In this document: positions 42,794 through 55,229 of the stretch, piece by piece
Layout: each line of letters starts with the position of its first letter
Position numbering within the stretch: the stretch's first letter is position 1
Assembly (NCBI GenBank): GCA_009103225.1
Contig: RHPI01000385.1
Span: 705,479 to 769,478 of the forward strand
Reading direction: 5' to 3'
DNA length: 64,000 nucleotides
Source of the DNA: Chlorokybus atmophyticus
Lineage: Eukaryota; Plantae; Mesostigma and Chlorokybus algae
Translations under genes and position numbers: made by a program
Notes under the pieces: model-generated
Told to the model about the DNA's origin: nothing
Databases searched by the model: none
What the model saw: the letters and a program-made list of their open reading frames with translations, nothing else

Positions 42794-45097
42794 TCACTGT
42801 GGCCATTGCACGCTAATGGGGCACGCAGACCATTGTTGTCCTTTGTCATCAGCAAAGCAGTTGGGGAAAGTCGCCCGGCAGCGACCTGCCTCCTTGAAGG
42901 CGATATCGCCAGCCACACCTGAGAACGAAGACGGGGTGTAGTAGGAGGAAAGGCTGAGCACGACAGGCGCCTCCGCCAGCAGCACCTACACGTGCGCGCA
43001 GCAAGTGTTTGTGTGCTTCCAACGCCCATGAACATGACAGCGGAAGGTGCACGCATTATGTGCGCAGGAGCAGAGAACATCAGGTGCGCATGCTCACCAG
43101 ATCCATAAAGGCGGCACGCATTGTGCCAGGCCCGCCATGACTGTCATCAATGTGTCGCGCAGACTTTGCATCTCGCCTCAACCACACAATGTTGGCTGCA
43201 AACAAGCATTAGTAGTCAGCAAGTAACTTTGATGCGCTGACAACATGTTTAGGTTGCAAGTCAAGTCTTACCTGGCGAGAGAGTTGCAAGCACCCTATGT
43301 CTAATGACATCCATATCCGCGGCAAGGAAGATCACAGTGTCGGATGGGTTACCATCTGGTGCAGCAGCGAGGTCCCGCCTTACACGAGTGACGCAGTCTA
43401 GAAACACCTCAAGGCGTGTGCGTGTGCTGGTCGTGTCTGCACCGGTATGCGTGTATGTGGTGTTGGTGATCAGTTGCACGCCATAGGTGCCACCCACTCT
43501 TATGTGCGCAGCCATGAGCGGCCCCTTTGCCCGATGCTCGTCCACCGCTGATATTGTCGACGGGTTCATCTTGAAAAGGAAGTGGAACGCACACCCGACA
43601 CTGTTGCTCAACACCTGAAACACATGTGGGTAATGTGCACGCAGGCACAGATGTATACACGCTCACACATGCAATCACAGCCAACCATTCCCATCCCACC
43701 TCATCAGGTATTGCGCCCTTGTCTCTTTGCGTCCACAGGCTGTTGACCTCAAGCCCCTTCTCAAAGATGTCATAAGCAGCGCGCACAACCACGACGGGAT
43801 GATTAAGCAACCCTGCCACATCCCCGCTCTCAAGGAACCGCCAAAGCACGTCGGTGTGGTTGCGCCAACCCCATTGCACGTACTTTCGCGGTAGCGCCTA
43901 TTGAGGCACGCTGATGTCAATGCTTTGGTGTGTGTGTGGGTGTGCTTGTGCTTGTGCACTCTTCGTGCATGTGTGCATGTACTAGAATTGTTGGGGAGTT
44001 CAGGTTGAAGTCCCACTGAATGCCGTTGGATTGAAGGTAATGTGTCAGCGGCTCGGGGTGAGCCCAGTCGATGAGCAGTGCGCGTGAAGTGAGGACAGAC
44101 AGCCACAGAAGGCCTACGAAGAAAACCAGCACTCTTCACGTGCTATGCCATTCCTGTCACTGTGCATACTGACCACTTACCTGCAATGGCCTGCAGGCGA
44201 TTACCGAGCCCAGCGCAATGGTCAACCAAGTTAGTTTCCGCCTTGTTGCACGAGTACACAAGAAACTTTGGCTCCCTCCTGCCCGCAAGTATGTCTGACC
44301 AGCAATTGTTGCAGTCATTGCTTTCCCACATTTCCAACACAGCAAAGCATACATACATAGACTCCAAAGCATTGGATGCTTGTTCAGTGTATACCTGCAT
44401 GCAAGTTGCTGTAAGCTTCTTGCCATGAAGTCCCGCACCGAGTCAGCCATGTTTCATGCAGATTGCGCTTGGGACCCAGTTTGGACTGTGTTGTTGGGTT
44501 GGGTGCTGGAGTGGAAGCAGTCTCTGTTTCAGTAAGCAGCCTCTCATGCATAGGATCCTCTGCTGTTAGTTCTTCTTGCTTGCGGGGATCAGACTTGTTG
44601 TCATTGTATGTGTGGGCAAGAGCCAGGCCCCTGAGCATGGCGACGGCGTTGCTGAGATCGTTGTGGTTGCCGGCGTTGTTGTGGTCGTGTGCAATTGTGC
44701 GCTCACAGACTGATCGCACCGTTGCAGTGAACCAAGTGGACATCCTTTCTTCATCGCAGCTCACCACGCCGTCATGGAGGGAGCTCAGGCTGCCTGCTGG
44801 GAGAGTAGCGTGCACAACACCAGTAGAGAAGGTTGTGTTGCTGCCGTTGTTATTGCTGGTGCGGTTGTACAGGAGGAGGAGGCTGATGACCACCAGAGAC
44901 ACCAGCATTGCAAGCATGGCGCACATGCGCAGTGAAGCAGCCATCGCCAGCTTGGGTCTGATGGTGTTGCTCAGGCTCATGCTCATACTCAACAGGCCAT
45001 GCCTGGATGCCCAGAGGGTGAGAAGCAAGCAGTGTAGCGAAAAGAACAACATTGTGAAACACATGGTCACCAAGACAAGCGCCATGCCTGTGGGCAT
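42794..45097 (-). CDS. Type II membrane fucosyltransferase-like glycosyltransferase (GT-B; GT37/GT23/O-FucT-like, family uncertain)
   Basis: TM segment AMLAMLVSLVVISLLLLY followed by a low-complexity stem. Then CGTSWQEAYSNLHA|DILAGRREPKFLVYSCN..DHCAGLGNRLQAIA|GLLWLSVLTSRALLIDW, MAAHIRVGG, VIFLAADMDVIR, VLLAEAPVVL..SSFSGVA. Start may be 45097 or 44986. Confidence 0.65.
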
Positions 45098-47662
45098 CCC
45101 TGTGTGCAGTTGTAATTACAACTGCACACAGGGATGCATGTAGGCTGAACACAGGCAGCCAAGTTGTGACCAACTGCGCTTGACGACTACTGCTTCCGAG
45201 GGTACACGAGGACATCGTGTGGGTACGAGACGGGAGTCGGAACCATCGACACAGCGGCGTGGGGTCGCGACCGGCGGGCTTCTTCGGGGAACGAGCCGCG
45301 CGGCCGGCGCGCCGTCGGCCTGGCTGACCGCGGCGGCGCAGGGCGGACCTCGCGCCGACGGGCCTTGCGCCGCAACTTTGCGCCGACCAACTGCAATTGA
45401 GTACATGTAAGTACACATATACCGCAGAGACCCGTACATTACAACCCAATTAATGTTGTTGGCTTGGGTGGTAATTGTATTACTGTATTACAGACCTTCT
45501 TGATAGTAACATCAATGCATTGGTTTTTACGGTCATCATAGCAAAAGGTTGAAATGAGAAATAATCAGCAAAAGTGAATATGGGTTGTAATGTACGCATC
45601 CCTACAATAAACGCACGAGAAGCAAAGCATAAGAATAGGCAAGGACTATCATAGGCATTGGCATAGCAAGCACGGCAAGCGACAACAATGCACAATGCCA
45701 AGGGCTGATGCAAGCTTGTAACAACTTAATGCGTGGACAATTAGACTTGCAAGCACCACCGACATATATAGTAGAGGCAAGCAGTGGCAGCGAAGCATGC
45801 AGCGACCAAAGCTTGCGTGATCCCCCACCTATCATACATAGGCTGACCAACGTGACAATCACACATGCCATAATGCATGTGCAATGCCGTTTCGCATTGC
45901 ATGTACATAGCAACATCAGTTTGTTTGGGGTTCGTAATTGGTTGTGTCTTAGTTGGAGTTGTTCTATGTGAAGTTTGCTCCAACTCTACCTTGGCTCCCA
46001 TTACAAATGAGTGCAACGTGAGGTGTGTTTGCTTACTTTGCATTGGGCCTCTCTCCGCTTAAATGGTTTATCTGCAACTTACTGATTTGACACTCAATTC
46101 CATCAAATTGACGGNNNNNNNNNNNNNNNNNNNNNNNNNNNNNNNNNNNNNNNNNNNNNNNNNNNNNNNNNNNNNNNNNNNNNNNNNNNNNNNNNNNNNN
46201 NNNNNNNNNNNNNNNNNNNNNNNNNNNNNNNNNNNNNNNNNNNNNNNNNNNNNNNNNNNNNNNNNNNNNNNNNNNNNNNNNNNNNNNNNNNNNNNNNNNN
46301 NNNNNNNNNNNNNNNNNNNNNNNNNNNNNNNNNNNNNNNNNNNNNNNNNNNNNNNNNNNNNNNNNNNNNNNNNNNNNNNNNNNNNNNNNNNNNNNNNNNN
46401 NNNNNNNNNNNNNNNNNNNNNNNNNNNNNNNNNNNNNNNNNNNNNNNNNNNNNNNNNNNNNNNNNNNNNNNNNNNNNNNNNNNNNNNNNNNNNNNNNNNN
46501 NNNNNNNNNNNNNNNNNNNNNNNNNNNNNNNNNNNNNNNNNNNNNNNNNNNNNNNNNNNNNNNNNNNNNNNNNNNNNNNNNNNNNNNNNNNNNNNNNNNN
46601 NNNNNNNNNNNNNNNNNNNNNNNNNNNNNNNNNNNNNNNNNNNNNNNNNNNNNNNNNNNNNNNNNNNNNNNNNNNNNNNNNNNNNNNNNNNNNNNNNNNN
46701 NNNNNNNNNNNNNNNNNNNNNNNNNNNNNNNNNNNNNNNNNNNNNNNNNNNNNNNNNNNNNNNNNNNNNNNNNNNNNNNNNNNNNNNNNNNNNNNNNNNN
46801 NNNNNNNNNNNNNNNNNNNNNNNNNNNNNNNNNNNNNNNNNNNNNNNNNNNNNNNNNNNNNNNNNNNNNNNNNNNNNNNNNNNNNNNNNNNNNNNNNNNN
46901 NNNNNNNNNNNNNNNNNNNNNNNNNNNNNNNNNNNNNNNNNNNNNNNNNNNNNNNNNNNNNNNNNNNNNNNNNNNNNNNNNNNNNNNNNNNNNNNNNNNN
47001 NNNNNNNNNNNNNNNNNNNNNNNNNNNNNNNNNNNNNNNNNNNNNNNNNNNNNNNNNNNNNNNNNNNNNNNNNNNNNNNNNNNNNNNNNNNNNNNNNNNN
47101 NACTTTGCTCTTTACGCGACTTCTGCTGTTGTTATTGCTATTGCTAACAAACTGTGGCTTGCGCCCTCCGCTATGTACGCACGGTGACTGTTGTCCATCA
47201 AAGTGCGTGTGGTTGGGATGCAGGTGTAGATGTGGGAAATTACGAACGCACTTAATGGCATATAACCAAACGTATATCCAAACTAGCTGTACCACCACCA
47301 TAGCCTGCAGAAGCTTCTAGGACCAGCACACTTGCGTACAGGTAAAGATTTTGTCCATAAAGAAAGCGCAAAACCGTTGTGCCCATTACATGCACAACAT
47401 TGGTACATCAATGTTCGCACAATCATCACGTGAATACCACGTGCTTGACCGCAGCAGGGACACAGTCGACAAGACTGGACAATGCCAACATGGACAACAT
47501 GTACTCAACTGCATTATGCCATGGTCATCCAAAATACATCACAGAGATTGACGTAATGTGTTGCAAACTGCACTGAATTCAATCACAATAAACTCTCATA
47601 TAGGACAGGCACAAAACTATACGGGTTCAGTGTAAATAGGCAACAGCAGCTATAATAGTTGG

Positions 47663-50600
47663 CTACACATTGGAGCGCTGGAAGGCTGTGTCCTGCTTCA
47701 ACTGTTGAAGTACAACAGACTCAACACGTTTCCTCAGTGCTGCAGTAGGCAGCTTCTCCACAACCTGTACGAAGGCGGCGTAGATTACAGTTCAACATCA
47801 TTCACGGACATAGCATGACCAGCCACTGAAACAGTGCCAATTTACCTCAGCACCAAAAGAAAACACCAAGGCAGAGCGAGCGGTCTCGGCATCAATGCCT
47901 CTTGACAAGAAGTAGAATACTTCCTCATCATCAAGGTCGCTGATGGCTGCTCCGTGTGTGCACTTCACATCATCTGCAATAATCTGGACACAGCAAGTGC
48001 ATGTTAGCAGATTTGCAAATCAAGTTAACTCAACAGCAGTTTGCTGGTCGCGTACCTGCAGGTTTGGTTTGACATTAACTGTTGCGCGTGGGGCCAACAG
48101 CAAATTTCTGCTCAGCTGTCCAGCATCAGTCTGCTGTGCATAGCGGTTGACCTTCACATTGCCATCAAACACTCCTCTGCCTGTCGAGTCTGTGACAATG
48201 CACTTGTGCAGCTGTCGGACTTGTCCTCGGGGATGGTCCAGCTTCACACTGCAAAGATGACACATGTCAAGCTCGCCACCTTGACATGTTTCACGAACAG
48301 CAACCATGTACTTACCTGGTATGCAAGTCGTGCAGCTGTCCGTGTGATGCCAGCAGGAAGCTGTGCAACTGTGTTTGCGTCTCAGGCCCTTGCTGGTCCA
48401 TACGCAAGTTATGTCTCGAAAGTTTGCCTCCAAGGCCTGCCTCTGTCATCTCATACGCGCTGCCCTCAGCTTGACTGACATAGGTAGCCTTGATATGGTA
48501 CGCCGCACTGCTTTGCTGCTGGACGTAACCGTGGACGACCTGAAATGGGCGCGTGTCAGGTAGACAATGCATTTGGACAACCTGGTCCTACCAGCACAAT
48601 AAGCCAAGGTTTCTTCAGACCATGGACAAAGCCATACTGCTATGCAGCAGATCAAGCTAAAATACCCGCGATTTCTTAGCAAGGACAAACTCAGCCACTG
48701 CAGATGTGGCGGAAGGCCCCTCGCCCGCAAACTCTTCAATGATAGTTACTTCCGCCTCTTCTTCAACAACTACCAGTAAGCGAGGGCTGCACAACTGCAC
48801 GCCTGCACAATTGCAGCATCAGTATGTGTGCCCCACACAACTTCAATCAAGATGCATTGATACTGGCGGAGAGAACCCAATCTCCTGCATACCATCCGCT
48901 GCTGACGTCGAGTAGTATACAACATGAATGGGCTGTTCAACTCGAACCCCAGCTGGTACATGCACCTAACATGAAAGTAGTTGTGATTAGCAACACTGTA
49001 GCTACAAAAGCAACCCACAGGCAACTGCTGACATACCATGGTGACATCCCTGGCTGTGGCTGTATTGACAACCGTAAACGGGTCCGCATCTATGGAGGAG
49101 GACAAACTGCCTGCACAAACAGATGGACCTATATTAGCACTGCTGTTTGCAATAGGTTATTGACAGCTATGTGAACTGGCACGAATTGCAACACAAAAGT
49201 GACCAATGTGACTGAGAGACATTCAGTTAGTTTCTCACCCAAGTACGGTCCTAGGATATTGCGCGACAACTCGTTGGGCTCTGTGGCAGCACTTGCAACA
49301 CTGACCCCAGCTGGAACCCCGGTGACATTGCTCTGCTCCCGAACAAAAACGCCATCGACGACAACCTGCCCAGGCAACACATATTGCCTCCAATAACATG
49401 CCGGGGGGTACATCAACAACAGCGGCTGTGACATGCCCAACCATGCAGTCATATATACCAGGCGTGTTGTGTCTGCCGCAGGAAGGGAGAATCGACTGAA
49501 GTCAATGGAAGAAGAACACGCAAGAGTGTCAGCTGCGGCTGGTGTGGGAAGCATTCTCTCAGAAAGCAGACCCGATACATCGGTGAAGCGATATGCCTCA
49601 TCTTTACTGCACAACAGAGCTGCAGTTGATGCAAGCTGACCAGATGGACTCATGATAACTATCTTATGTGCGGTGTCCACTAGCATTGATTGCACTGTTC
49701 AAAGCAATGGATCAGATTCAAGTTAGGACGTTCTCTGCATCAGCGTAAGCTGTCAGAAACACGGACCAATCACTTTGTCTCATCTTATCCATGATTGCCA
49801 TGACAGCAAAGTTAACGCTTCAGTCACACACAAACACAACGGCCAATAGATCAGCAAGCTGACTAATACCAGATGGACTCATGACAACTATCCTATGTGC
49901 GGTGTCCACTAGCATTGAGTGCACTGTTCAAAGCAATGGATCAGATTAAATTGAGGACGTTCTCTGCATCAGCGTAAGCTGTCAGAAACACGGACCAATC
50001 ACTTTGTCTCATCTTATCCATGGTTGAGATGACAGCAAAGTTGATGCTTCAGTCGCATACAAACACAACAGCCAATGGATCAGCAAGCTAACTTCGACTT
50101 CGTCTGCATCAGCTATCGCTGAATCAGAAACACGGACCAATCGAGTTGTCTCATCACCTCCAATGGCACTACGACAACCATGGCTCTCCTTGCTGGTATG
50201 CATGCATGCAAACCTGGTTGGCATTCGCACGCGCGACAGGGCTGCTTCGCCTGCTGTGCGCAGGGACGCCAACTCTGAACTCAACCCGCCTCCAGCCATT
50301 GTAGGCATGGCACGAATAACTGCTGCGACCCATTCTTCCGCCTGCAGAAGCAAGCATGGATACATTGGTGCACGGACGCAGCTTTTACGCAGCTGCCTGC
50401 TGCTTTAACAACCATTTCACCGCCATTCAGTTCTATACTCACACTGTAACCTATGTGCTTCCTTGGATGGTGCCACGCCGGCAGCTATGAAGGCAGGTGC
50501 ATGGAGTGGGCCATGACTAAGCATGCAGCGCAAAGAACGGTGCGCCATGAGCGAACTGTGCATGTAATCTAGTTCCATCAATGCGAAAATACCACCGGTA

Positions 50601-50984
50601 ATGTGATGAACAAGCATACAGGAACGCATGAAGTAATCCTAGCGGGCACACAGGCAGCAATTGACAACCATCACTGCGCTTGCCATAAGGCTGTAGCTCC
50701 AACGCTTGCTTACTTGCCTTTGACAGCGAGGCAGAGGGCGCATCAGCCTCACGAATGTCTGGAGCAGCTTCTGCAGCAGCCGCAGCAGCCGCCCTGACGC
50801 CTGCACGTCTGCTGCAGCGCCGGCCCTCAACACGCGCTGACCTCGCCGGCGGAAGGCCTGCCGCAGCCTGCACAGGTCGGCTCAGAGCGGTGGCTGCGGT
50901 GGGAACAGCAACTCCACGACGCCTACCAGCAGCAAGCGCAGGCACGCTCACGACAGCCACCTCACCCGTCACCGCCGCCGCCAT
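47663..50984 (-). CDS. SUFD: Plastid Fe-S cluster assembly protein SufD (ABCI7-like)
   Basis: Ala/Arg-rich transit peptide MAAAVTGEVAVVSVPALAAGRRRG..; motifs MPTS|KDEAYRFTDV, GGKLSRHNLR, LHKCIVTDSTGRGVFDGNVKVNRYAQQTDAGQLSRNLLL..KPNLQ|IIADDVKCTHGA..FYFLSRGI. Confidence 0.94.
49708..49791 (-). ncRNA. U18: C/D box snoRNA U18 (SNORD18), copy C, in SufD intron 2
   Basis: TGGA-taAGATGA (variant C box)...ATTGGTCCGTGTTT-CTGA (D')...CTGA-TCCA with a terminal stem. The guide is complementary to LSU rRNA GAAACACGGACCAA. Confidence 0.75.
49937..50020 (-). ncRNA. U18: C/D box snoRNA U18, copy B, in SufD intron 2
   Basis: Same architecture as copy C, 229 bp away. Variant C box AAGATGA; guide and D/D' boxes intact. 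Confidence 0.75.
50076..50162 (-). ncRNA. U18: C/D box snoRNA U18, copy A, in SufD intron 2
   Basis: TGGAG-GTGATGA (canonical C)...ATTGGTCCGTGTTT-CTGA (D')...TGATGC (C'-like)...CTGA-TCCA. The fifth nucleotide upstream of D' pairs with the A of AAAC[A]CGG, the known U18 target (yeast 25S Am649). Confidence 0.9.
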
Positions 50985-51275
50985 GCTCGCCGCAACATGC
51001 GCAATGCCCTGCCTGCCGACCTGTGCGACCGTCAAACCCTAAGCTGGACGGCTGCGATCGTGATGTAGCCAATGGCTCTCTCAACGCCGTTGAGGTTCGT
51101 GATAAGATGTTGCGGTGGCACAATCCGGATATCGACGACGACTGGATATCGATAGGTCCGTGCGAGGTACTACAGCCCAACATGCTGTTTGTGTGCATTG
51201 TTGTGTTTACGGCTCAGTGCAACCACATGGGTGAGTCTGTCCAGCTTGGCAGGGAAGTGGTCAGTGTCGTCGGGG

Positions 51276-54200
51276 ATGGCGGCGGCGGTAGTCACATGCG
51301 GGACATCTTGGCAGCCGCAGACGCAGCCGCAGCCGCAGCGCATACCAGTACACAAATCTGGGCGTGCGGGTGGAGCATGTTCTCGTCAATGCGCGTCACG
51401 GGGGAGGCGAATGCATGGGAGGAGTGGAGCGTTGCTTGTGCATTGTCAATCGGGACAAGAGCCTAGCGCAGCAGGTATGAACGCACGGCTTCACTTTGCA
51501 TGATATCCTTTGTTGCCTAGGCGAGTGAATGACGCTGGTCTCCAACGCCTGTAAGTTACAGGCTGTAACCACATGTGCAGCAAGTTCCCGTTTGCACTGG
51601 ACAGTAGCACACGCGTTATCGCTCCATGACTTTGGCATCACATGTTCCAAGTATACCTGCTATAAATCAAACTGTATTATCGTAGTATACAGTGCAGTTT
51701 GCTACAGCAAGCTGATGCGTTCAGATAAATGAAGCAACTACCTGCATCGACAAAGTCGCATTCGCCGTCATACAGTGGGTTAATATTGCTACGACATGAA
51801 AAGTGTTATGCCAAGCAACCACACGGTTTGGTGCATGTCAATGATTGAGTACTGTTTGCGCGTTGTCGGTTTACACGGTGTCAGCAGCTTGCTTGTCAGC
51901 TTAATTCTTTGCAGGCCACAAGTCATGTGCCTGCCAGCACAGATATGGGGACATAGTCTGCTCCTGAGTGTACGGAGAACATGCGTACCGTACAACTGTC
52001 CCCTGAGCATGTGTTGTGTGTCTCAGCATATAGGCTACAACTTAATCCACTTGCGAGCTTCAGGCCATGCGATTACACATGCACCACGGCACAGTACACC
52101 ATGCACACTTGCCGTTACATGTGTAGCAGTTACAAAGGCGGCAATGCAAAATGTTGAGGCCGTGTTGAGGCAACTCTGTAGGCAGCTGGTCAGCAGCATC
52201 ATGTGACGCTACGCTAACAAGCTTGCTGTGACAGAGAGACCGGGAAATGCTGCGGAACCATTGTTAACATTTCAAGACACCGAACCCACCACGAGCAATG
52301 ATGCCCAGAGGGACTGGGAGGCCTTGAACGCCACAAACTCATCCGAAGTGAGTTGATGAGCTCATGTGGTGTGCCCGGGCACCCCTGTGTGCTGAAATAC
52401 TCACATCCTTTGCTAACCAGCCGGAGTTTATGGCGTTTGGAGAAGGTGCATCAACAATGCTGGCAATCATGCCGCTGTCAAGACCAAAGTTTCCAGCAGA
52501 GCGCGTATCATTGCAGTTGTTTGAGTCCCGATACAGGTATGACTCAGGCTTGAGTTGTAACGAGTTGCTGCATGGCTAATGTGCTTGGCTGAATCAGTCT
52601 TGTGTGTGCGCTGTACTTAGCATAAACTACATTTGCTGAACAGGGCTATGTTCAAAGTAGTGCACTCCTCAAGACAACAGCTTTTTGGCATAGCTTATGC
52701 AGACCAAGTAAGGCAGCGCGTGCTTGCGGTCGTTTTTAGTTTGTGTCAAGCAGATATGGTGCTGCACTTCGTCCTACGCATGCTGGTTGTAGCATCCTAT
52801 GCTAAAGTTGTAGTTTTCACTCATGTTCAGTCATGTGACTGTGAGCATTATTAGCTTTCCTAATAAGCGATGCCCTGCAGGTCAATGCCATGATTGAGAC
52901 AGTTGGTACTGTGTGCCGTTTGCGCTCTTTTGTTCCGGATCCGGAGAACAAGAGGATACTTATTGATAGTGTGGCTGTCGGGCGTTACAGATTGAGGCGG
53001 ATAGTATCAGACAAGCCTTTTATCACGGTATGTCTGCTCTCATTCTTTGACTATTTATGATAGGCAGGCACAACTGTCTCGTACAGCAGCTGGCTGCAAT
53101 AGTTGTTACCACCAGTCCATTTGATCAGGGCACGTGCTCTCTTTTTGCCTGTTATCTGACTGCTTGGGTGTGAACGTGCCTTGCATACAGGCTATCGTTG
53201 AAGACTACTGTGACACAGAGCCACAGTCCATCTCAGAGCATGCTGAGCACGCCATGGCTGAGGCACGAGTCTGGTCATGTATGCAGGTCAGCATCTTGAA
53301 ATTTTCTAGCTGCTTGCCCACGGCTGGAGCGTGTCTGGAAGTAATGTTTTCCTTCCTTCAATAAGCGGCTGCCTACTAATGTCAGCGAAGACAATAGCAA
53401 CAACCACATGTGTGTCAGGATGTGCAACAGTTGGCAGAGAAGCTCTATGGGCACCTTGGCCCGTTGTCCGACGTAATCAGCAATGAGGTGAGCATATCGG
53501 CAGCTCCATCATCGGACTTCAAGAATGAGACAGCTGTGGCAAGACATTACATGCTAATGCCATTTTGGCAGGTGCGACGGTGGAGCTTTACGGACTCTAC
53601 AGCGAGGTCGTTACCAAAACCAACAGCATGCGATGCCAATTCTGATGCTGAGGAGGTGGGGCTTGCTTCCACAGCATCCGCCTGTTGGTTTTGGCTACAT
53701 GCACACATTAGATTCACTGCAACAGCATCTATGGACCCCCCCACTTCTGCATGCACGCACCATCCAGCAGAAGCTCCTAAGCCTGTGTACTCATCAAGTA
53801 CTGACGTGGTTTATCTTGGCCACACAGAATCCCATGAATTGTCAAGCACTTGTTTGTTGTACACAACGTTTCTGTTTGACCTACATCTGGAGCATGCATA
53901 AGGATGTTATTGTGCTTTCAGCACGCTTATGGCATGTACATATAGCTGCTTGTTTGCTCGCTTGCTTGCGACTGAACACTGTTTACGCTGTGCTCAGAAC
54001 ATATGGCATCAGTGGTCAAGGCCTATTGACGATGATGCAGCAATCTCAGAGGTGGAGCGGCGCCAGCGGTTCTCCTTCGCAATTGCGCGTGCCCTGGATC
54101 TGCCTGTAGCAGAGCAACAGGTATACAGTCTATCTGATCACAGATTGCTCTGTTTGTGCTTGTGTAGGCCAAACCAACATGTTGATGGAGTGCACACAGG

Positions 54201-54310
54201 CCATGTTGGAGTTGCAAGACACCATTGCTCGCTTGCGAGCAGCGGAAGCTGCTCTGTTGGATGGCAGAAGCTACCTCGCAGCAAGGTCAACTTTGAAGGA
54301 CATGTTTTGA
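51276..54310 (+). CDS. Lon protease substrate-binding (Lon-N) domain protein, probably plastid-targeted
   Basis: First exon MAAAVVTCGTSWQPQ..RGRRMHGRSGALLVHCQ (transit-like). Then LAIMPLSRPKFPAERVSLQLFESRYR|AMFKVV..FGIAY, VGTVCRL, VAVGRYRLRRIVSDKPFIT|AIVEDY, RFSFAIA..LPVAEQQ|AMLELQDTIARL..YLAARSTLKDMF*. Confidence 0.82.
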
Positions 54311-55229
54311 ATTGCACGAGGCACTCCATGCAACACGTGCTACCTCTGGTTCTGCTGCCAACCAGTGTTGATAAAAACAGTATACCTGCCCAGCTGTAAC
54401 TTCTGTCTTGCGCATGCACGGTCGCTTTCTCCTTGGCTGATCATGGGCTCGGCATAGATCGCCGTCAGGGCCTGTTCCACGAAAAATCTGGGTTTGTCAG
54501 CAAGCATTGAAGCCAGCAGGGCATGAGCGCAGTGGAGGCTATCCTGCTGCGCACTTCTAGCTAGGCCAGACTGGTGCAACAGCCAACCAGCGCTATAACA
54601 ACGTGATGGAGTATCAATTTGTGACCATCTGGTGCTTTCTGTGTGCGCTTGCCTAAAGAAGTCTTGCCTGAGACACCAATAACAAGTGTGAGTGTACTCG
54701 AGAAATAGCTGTGTGCCAGTGTGCTGTGCAAGGGTGCTACATGTGTTCATGTACTCTGTATTGCTGACAGGCACCTTGGCTGACCTTGGTTGTCGAGCAG
54801 AGAGGCACACTTGAGCCTGCACTGCATCTTGGTACCGTAATGGAGGCAGTGCAGCTGTCATATTAAGTTGCTTCACATTGTCCCAATGATAACTGACTGT
54901 CCGAGTCCGAGACTGCCGCGTTGCAACGTATTCAGCCATTGACACGTGCGCGCACGTGTGTGTAGCAGGACACGGTGCAGGAGACTGCAGTCGCAAGGAG
55001 CCATGGAAAGCGCATGCAGCGTCTTAAGGTAAAAAGCAAAGGCATGTTGCCATTTGCAGCAAGTACACGAACAGCAGGTAATACATTAACGAGTGCACAG
55101 AACGTGCACTCAAAGAATAATTGTCAATGGATAATTCTATGTACAAAGAATGGCTCAACCTAAACAATTGCTGCTTACCCCTACAATCAATAAATCGATG
55201 ACTACTTATACAAGCTAGCTTTAATTGAA

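Larger units (their letters stand above)
49633..50088. repeat. Tandem duplication, two units of about 229 bp, inside SufD intron 2
   Basis: Near-identical units at about 49633-49860 and 49860-50088, each carrying one U18 copy. Confidence 0.9.

Noticed and set aside
46033-47301. Long ORFs of 374-422 aa spanning 46-47 kb (also 7100-7532, 39759-40262)
   Set aside because: Artefacts of translating through N-gaps.
49633-50088. CRISPR-like repeat array
   Set aside because: Units are 229 bp with no short repeat/unique spacer pattern, no cas genes, and a eukaryotic context.
49633-50160. Tandem repeat first read as duplicated SufD exons
   Set aside because: SufD splices directly from MPT(S) at 50214 to KDEAYRFTD at 49606, so the repeat is wholly intronic and is explained by U18 copies.
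54340-54996. 218-aa minus-strand ORF between Lon-N and lyase 3
   Set aside because: No recognisable motifs, the obvious splice sites introduce a stop, and it lies in converging 3' regions.
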